A stretch of 33,136 nucleotides of DNA from Prasinococcaceae sp. CCMP 1430. Its lineage: Eukaryota; Plantae; Prasinodermophyta. Both the position numbers and the translations under genes were made by a program. The stretch is from NCBI GenBank assembly GCA_013416795.1, contig RQSC01000399.1:17213-50348 (forward strand), given 5' to 3'. The notes under the pieces were generated by a model. That model saw only the letters and a list, made by a program, of their open reading frames with translations. It was not told the DNA's origin and did not search any database. This document shows positions 28,178 to 33,136 of the stretch, one piece after another (the stretch's first letter is position 1; every line of letters begins with the position of its first letter).

Positions 28178-29938
28178 TCACTGGACCTCGCCGCGCGCGC
28201 GCTTGGCCTCCATGATGGCGGCGAGCGCCTCCGTCTCCACGTCATCCATGTCGTCGGAGAGGTCGAAGCCCTCCACCACGTCGACGGTTATGCCGTCCAT
28301 GCCTGCATAGCACCGGGCGCGGGACGTCAGAGGCAGCCGCGCCCGCGCACGCGGACGAACACGACACATGCGCACATGCATGCACGCACGCACGCACGCA
28401 CGCAAACCAACGCAGCGCAGGGCACGCGTCCGCGCGCGGGCAAATGCGCGCGCGCCCTCACCCTCCGGCAGCAGCTGCTCATCCTCAGACGGCGGCACGT
28501 AGTCGGCGAAGACGTCGTCGTCGTCCTCGTCGGAGCTGGCATCGTCGAAGTCGAGGTCATGCACGCTGGTCTCAGCGGCGCCCTCGCCGCCGTTGGCGGC
28601 GGCGGCGATGACCCCAACATCCCCCGCGCGCGCCTCGCGGCCCTCCTCAACGCCCTCACCGCCCCCCGCGTCGCGGTGCGCGTACAGCGCCGCGTGCAGC
28701 GTCACGTACTCCTCCAGCGCGACCTCGTCGGGCCGCACGGCCTCGGCGAGGCCCGCGGCGCTCAGCGCGGCCGCGACGGGCTCGCGCGCGTAGCGCATGG
28801 CGGCCAGCGTGTTGCGCAGCATCTTCCGCCGCGCGGCGAAGCAGCCGCGCACGAACGCGTGGAAGTCGCGCTCGCTGCCCGGCAGCGGCAGCCTCTGTGT
28901 GCGCGCGTGGGTGCGCGTGTTGATATGCGCGCGCGCGCGCGTGAGCGAAAGCGCGAGCGAGCACACCCAAGCGTTCGCGCATGCGCGCGGGCGCGACCAC
29001 GCGCGCGAGATGCGCGCTTCCGCACGCGCGCACGCGCGCATGCTCGCGCGCACACACACACGCACACACACTCCCATGCGCACGCGCACGCGCACATGCG
29101 CACGCGCACATGCAAAAAACGCGCGCACAGGCGCAGACGCAGACGCAGCGCGCGCCCTCACCTCGCTGGGTGGCCGCAGCTCGGACACGAGCACCGCGCT
29201 CTCGACCTGCGGCGGCGGCACGAAGGCCTTGCGGCTCACGCCGAAGGCCACGTGCCCTCGCGCGTAGTAGCGGTACCACACCGTCGCCTCGCGGTAGCTC
29301 GGGTGGCCCGGCTCGATCTCGGCGAAGCGCTCGGCGGCCTCCTCCTGCAGCAGCAGCGTCACGCAGTGGAACACGTCCGACATGGGCAGCACGCGGCGCA
29401 GCACCGACTGCGGCGGACACACGCGCGCGGGTCAGCGCGGAGGCGCACACGCGCGCGCGTGAGCGCGCGCGTGTGTTGCGCGTGTGGGCGTGTGGGTGTG
29501 GGTGCGCACCGTCGTGACGTTGTACGGCAGGTTCGACACGAGCAGGCTGCGCGGCTCGGCGCTCTCCGGCGCCCCGGCATCCCCCTCCGCCGCCGCGCGC
29601 GCGGCGCACGCCGCCTCGGCGCTCCCGCCGTCGGGATCGAGGCCCCTCGCGCGCCGCTCCTCGCGCACGAGCGCGCGCAGGTCGACGTCCAGCGCGTCCG
29701 CGGCCACCACGCGCAGCGTGCCCCGTAGCTCCCCCCCGCCGCCGGGCGCGTCCGCGGCGAACTCCGCCGCGAAGTCCTGCAGCAGCGCGGCGAGGCGCTC
29801 GTCCTTCTCGACGGCCACGACGTGCGCGCCCGCCTCGAGGAGGCGCCGCGTGAGCGCGCCCTTGCCGGGGCCGATCTCAAGCACCACGTCGCCCGCGCGC
29901 ACCTGGACGCGTGCGGGCGTGTTTGCGTGTGTGTTTGC

Positions 29939-29991
<53 letters not shown>

Positions 29992-30306
29992 CGTACGTAC
30001 GCGTGGGGATGCAAGGTCAGCTGCGCGCGTACGAAGCTCGCACGCAGGCGCACGCACACGCAGGCGCACACACCCATGCACACGCGCGCTCACCTCTGCG
30101 GCGCGCCGCACGATGGCGTCGACGACGCGCGGGTCGACGAGCCAGTGCTGTCCGGCGCTCCTCTTCGCGCTGAGCGGCGACGAGAAGGCGGCCGCGCCCG
30201 CGCCACGCCGCTCGCTTGCGCCTGGGGCCATGCTCGACGCCCGCTGGGGGCGGGGCCACGCGCCGCACACCTCGTGTGTGCAGTGCGTTGCCCGCACCGC
30301 ATTCAT
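28178..30306 (-). CDS. ksgA: rRNA adenine dimethyltransferase KsgA/PFC1-like with probable transit peptide and acidic C-terminal extension (exons 30306-30094, 29902-29510, 29407-29162, 28894-28462, 28302-28178; 469 aa)
   Basis: GQHWL, VLEIGPGKGALT, VAVEKD, VSNLPYN, AFVPPPQVES, CFAARRKMLRN. Four GT-AG introns with consistent phases (0,0,0,1). Confidence 0.9.
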
Positions 30307-31170
30307 CGCAGGAGCGCAAAATGCCCAATGCGCGCACGAACTGCTGTATCGCGTGACATTGTTGGTGCAAAGAAAGACACCACTGCGACGCGACCCCCCA
30401 TAAAAAGAAACGCAGGAAGTGATTTTTGGGGGCGCTCCGCGTCTTTTGACGTCACAACGAATGCTTTCGAATGCGGCACTTGCCAATTTCGGTATCCATA
30501 GCCACGTGTTCTCTCACTGCCTTTTTCCGGCGTCATTTCACGCTGCGAAGTTGCCAACTCGCGAGCTTTGACGGTGGCAAGGCCACATCCTCACCGGTAC
30601 CAGCTTGCCGATCACGCGCACGGCCCGACACGATCACAGCCCCCACCCACGGGCACGCCACGCCCACACGCCCCTACACACGCACGCGCAGGCGCACGAG
30701 CACACACGCACGCGCCGACCCGTGCGCGTGCACACACGCACGCACGCGCACGTGCACGCGCACACGCCAACACCGCCACGCGCCATAGGAAGTCCAAGCC
30801 TTACCGTAAGAAGCTTAGTCTGTCTGGTACCTCGCGCGTTACGCGGGTCCCGTCCCACAAAGAGCATCAAAGTGTGGGGGCGGAGATGCTCCCCCGCCTG
30901 GGCACGAGGAAGGGAGTGCATTCGGAGTCGGCCGCCGCCCCAGTCACAGGGTTTCCCGCCATGACTTCCCGGCACGGCTGGGCGGATCGCGCTGTGCACC
31001 AGGTGGCAGCCTGCAAGGCGGCGGCGCCCACTCCCCCACCCAAGCGAATACGCGCGCCCAATCCTCATACGATCAGCAAGCAGCACAGATCGCAGCGCGT
31101 TTTTCACGCGGCGCCATCGGCATTTGTTGATCATCGGCCGTCGCCCGCCGCGGCGCGCGCCACAGCGCGC

Positions 31171-32271
31171 GCGCGCCGGCGGAGGCTTGGGCGAGTCCTC
31201 GATGAAGGCAACTGCCCTGTCCTCGACGTCCATCAGGGGGTGGCCAGGGAAGAGGCTCGCGCAGTGGCCGTCGGGGCCAACGCCCTGGCGACGAAAGCGA
31301 CGCCGCGCGCCACGTCAGTCAGCAACATCGGCTCGACCAGCCAAGCGAGAGCGAGCGCCGCCCGCACGCGAACTTACCAGCAGCACGCAGTCCAGCCTCG
31401 GCATCACCGGGAGGTCGCTGTCCTTGCCATCCTCGCCCACCTTCATGCTCGAAACGACGCCGCTGGCCATGGCATCGCGCAGCTTCGCCTCGTATCGCTC
31501 GGCCTCCTCGGCAGGGCTCAGGCCGCCATCGATGGTGTGGATCTGCGCCGCCGGAATGCCGGCCGCGTCGAGGAAGGCCTCGAACGCCCCGCGCGCGTTG
31601 GAGTCCTCGTGGTCCAAAGGAACGCACCGCTCTGCGCAGCGCGCGCCGCGTGCAGGTCGGGTCAGCGCCGGAGCGCGTCGCGCTGGCCGACAACACGCGG
31701 CACACTGTCCGAGCCGAATTCGCAGGCGCGCGTGCGCGCCGGCGGGCGCACGCGCACGCACGCAAAGGCGCACAGACTGCAGCGCAAAAGCCGAGGGACG
31801 TCGCGCACGAGAGCGCGCCCGTCCAGCTCGCCCGCCGCTTCCGCGCTCAGCAGCGCCAGCCGCGCCCGCGCAGCGCCACGATCGCGCCTCACCGTCAGCC
31901 CAGAACACGTGCCACTTGGCAAAGTCGATGCCGTCGCGTCCGGCCAGCTTGCCCAGCGCCTTGACCAGCGAGCCGCCCGACAGCGCGATCGAGAAGGCAC
32001 CGCGCGCCGCCACGGCCTCGGCGGCGACCTCGGCGACGTGGTCGGCCAGCGTGGTGGCCGCTTCCGCGCCGTCCTCGCACACCAGAAAGTTGACCTCCAG
32101 GGCGTCCTCCAAGTCCTCGCCCTCGTGCGTGTGCGCGTGCGCGTGCGCCTCGTCGTCCTCCAGGTCCTCCCCTTCGTAGCTGCCGACGTCCGCCGCCGCC
32201 GCGCGCCGCGCGAGGCGCCGCCGCCGCGCGNNNNNNNNNNNNNNNNNNNNNGGCGGCGCGCGGCGCAGCAT
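31171..32271 (-). CDS. PGL: 6-phosphogluconolactonase, probably plastid-targeted (exons 32271-31893, 31631-31378, 31284-~31171; C-terminal part not resolved)
   Basis: [17 protein letters not shown]|[17 protein letters not shown]|[23 protein letters not shown]. The N-terminus [19 protein letters not shown] is Arg/Ala-rich and spans a 21-N gap. Confidence 0.85.
32231..32251. other. Assembly gap (21 N) in the PGL first exon
   Basis: N run. Confidence 1.
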
Positions 32272-33136
32272 AGCCGCCGCGGGCGCGCGCTGCGGGCGCG
32301 ACTGTGGCGCGAGCGCACACGCACGCACACACACACACGCACACACACACTCGCACACACACACAGGCACACACGCAGACACACACACACACAGACACAC
32401 AGACACACACACACACACACAGACAACACACACACACGCCGCGGGCGCGAGTGTGGCGCGCACGCACACACACACACACACGCGCGCACGCACACACGCA
32501 CGCACGCACGCACGCACACACACGCGCACGCGCACGCGCGCGCGAGCCGAGCGCGAGCGCGAGCGCCCGCGTGGCGCCCGACGCCCCAGCCCGAAACCCT
32601 CAGCAGGACGCCGGTACAGCGACGCCCACTCTTACAATATTTGCATGTATTGTAAAGTCAGATTTACCAACGGGCGATAAATGCCCTCATGGCTGGCGAG
32701 CGTTGGATCTCAGTGAGATCATCTCACCTGCTTCAGATCTGCTGATCTGGATCAAAATCAAATTCTCGCGTCGCTTCTGACGTTTCGATTGACATCACAT
32801 GTACCCACGGGCGACACCATCCACGAGGTCGCATTGAGCGCCGGGCGCAGGCAAATGGCTTCATTTTTTTTTAAAAAAAAATGTTTTTCTCCCGCCAGAA
32901 AAAAAAAGTTGCGCGGGGCGGCAGCGGGCCGCCTCGGGGAACCGCGGCGGCGAAATGTTTCCGCTGTTCGTGTCATTCGGAACGAATAATCGGCGGAAGG
33001 TGACGTACGAAATTTGTCAACCGCGGAGGAATTGCGCCCCGGCGCGGTGCAGCAGGGGCGCGAGGGGGTGAGAGGGGGCGTAGGGGCGGAAGAGCCGGGA
33101 GGGGGGGGGGAGGGGGGGAGGGAGGAAGGGAGGGCG

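Overview
GC-rich eukaryotic genomic DNA from a draft assembly, with N-gaps at 3624-3837 and 32231-32251 and single Ns at 9471 and 16400. It is most likely a green alga: TGTAA poly(A) signals, telo-box-like TAGGGTT promoter motifs and plant-type ERD2-related, KsgA/PFC1 and P58IPK genes point that way. I resolved 12 protein-coding genes, mostly in alternating head-to-head and tail-to-tail pairs: P58IPK-like TPR-DnaJ (5'-partial), thymidine kinase, Nup88, a secreted DBH/MOXD1-like copper monooxygenase with a Lys-rich tail, PRP28, a CCP1-like tubulin deglutamylase (frameshifted by a 19-bp duplication), a U-box-WD40 ligase, a Dispatched-like SSD transporter, a DEDDh exonuclease-RRM-KH protein, an ERD2-related receptor, a KsgA-type rRNA methyltransferase and 6-phosphogluconolactonase (3' end unresolved). 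I found no tRNA, rRNA, CRISPR array or transposase. The most striking unexplained structure is the intron architecture: many introns carry (GT)n in the 5' half and complementary (CA)n in the 3' half and have no polypyrimidine tract. 11 of 18 introns are 3n in length and two need GC donors. Also notable are a mosaic of orphan gene fragments at 9.85-10.9 kb and two genes with no in-frame ATG. Exon boundaries were deduced by hand from splice signals and remembered family alignments; no database searches were run.
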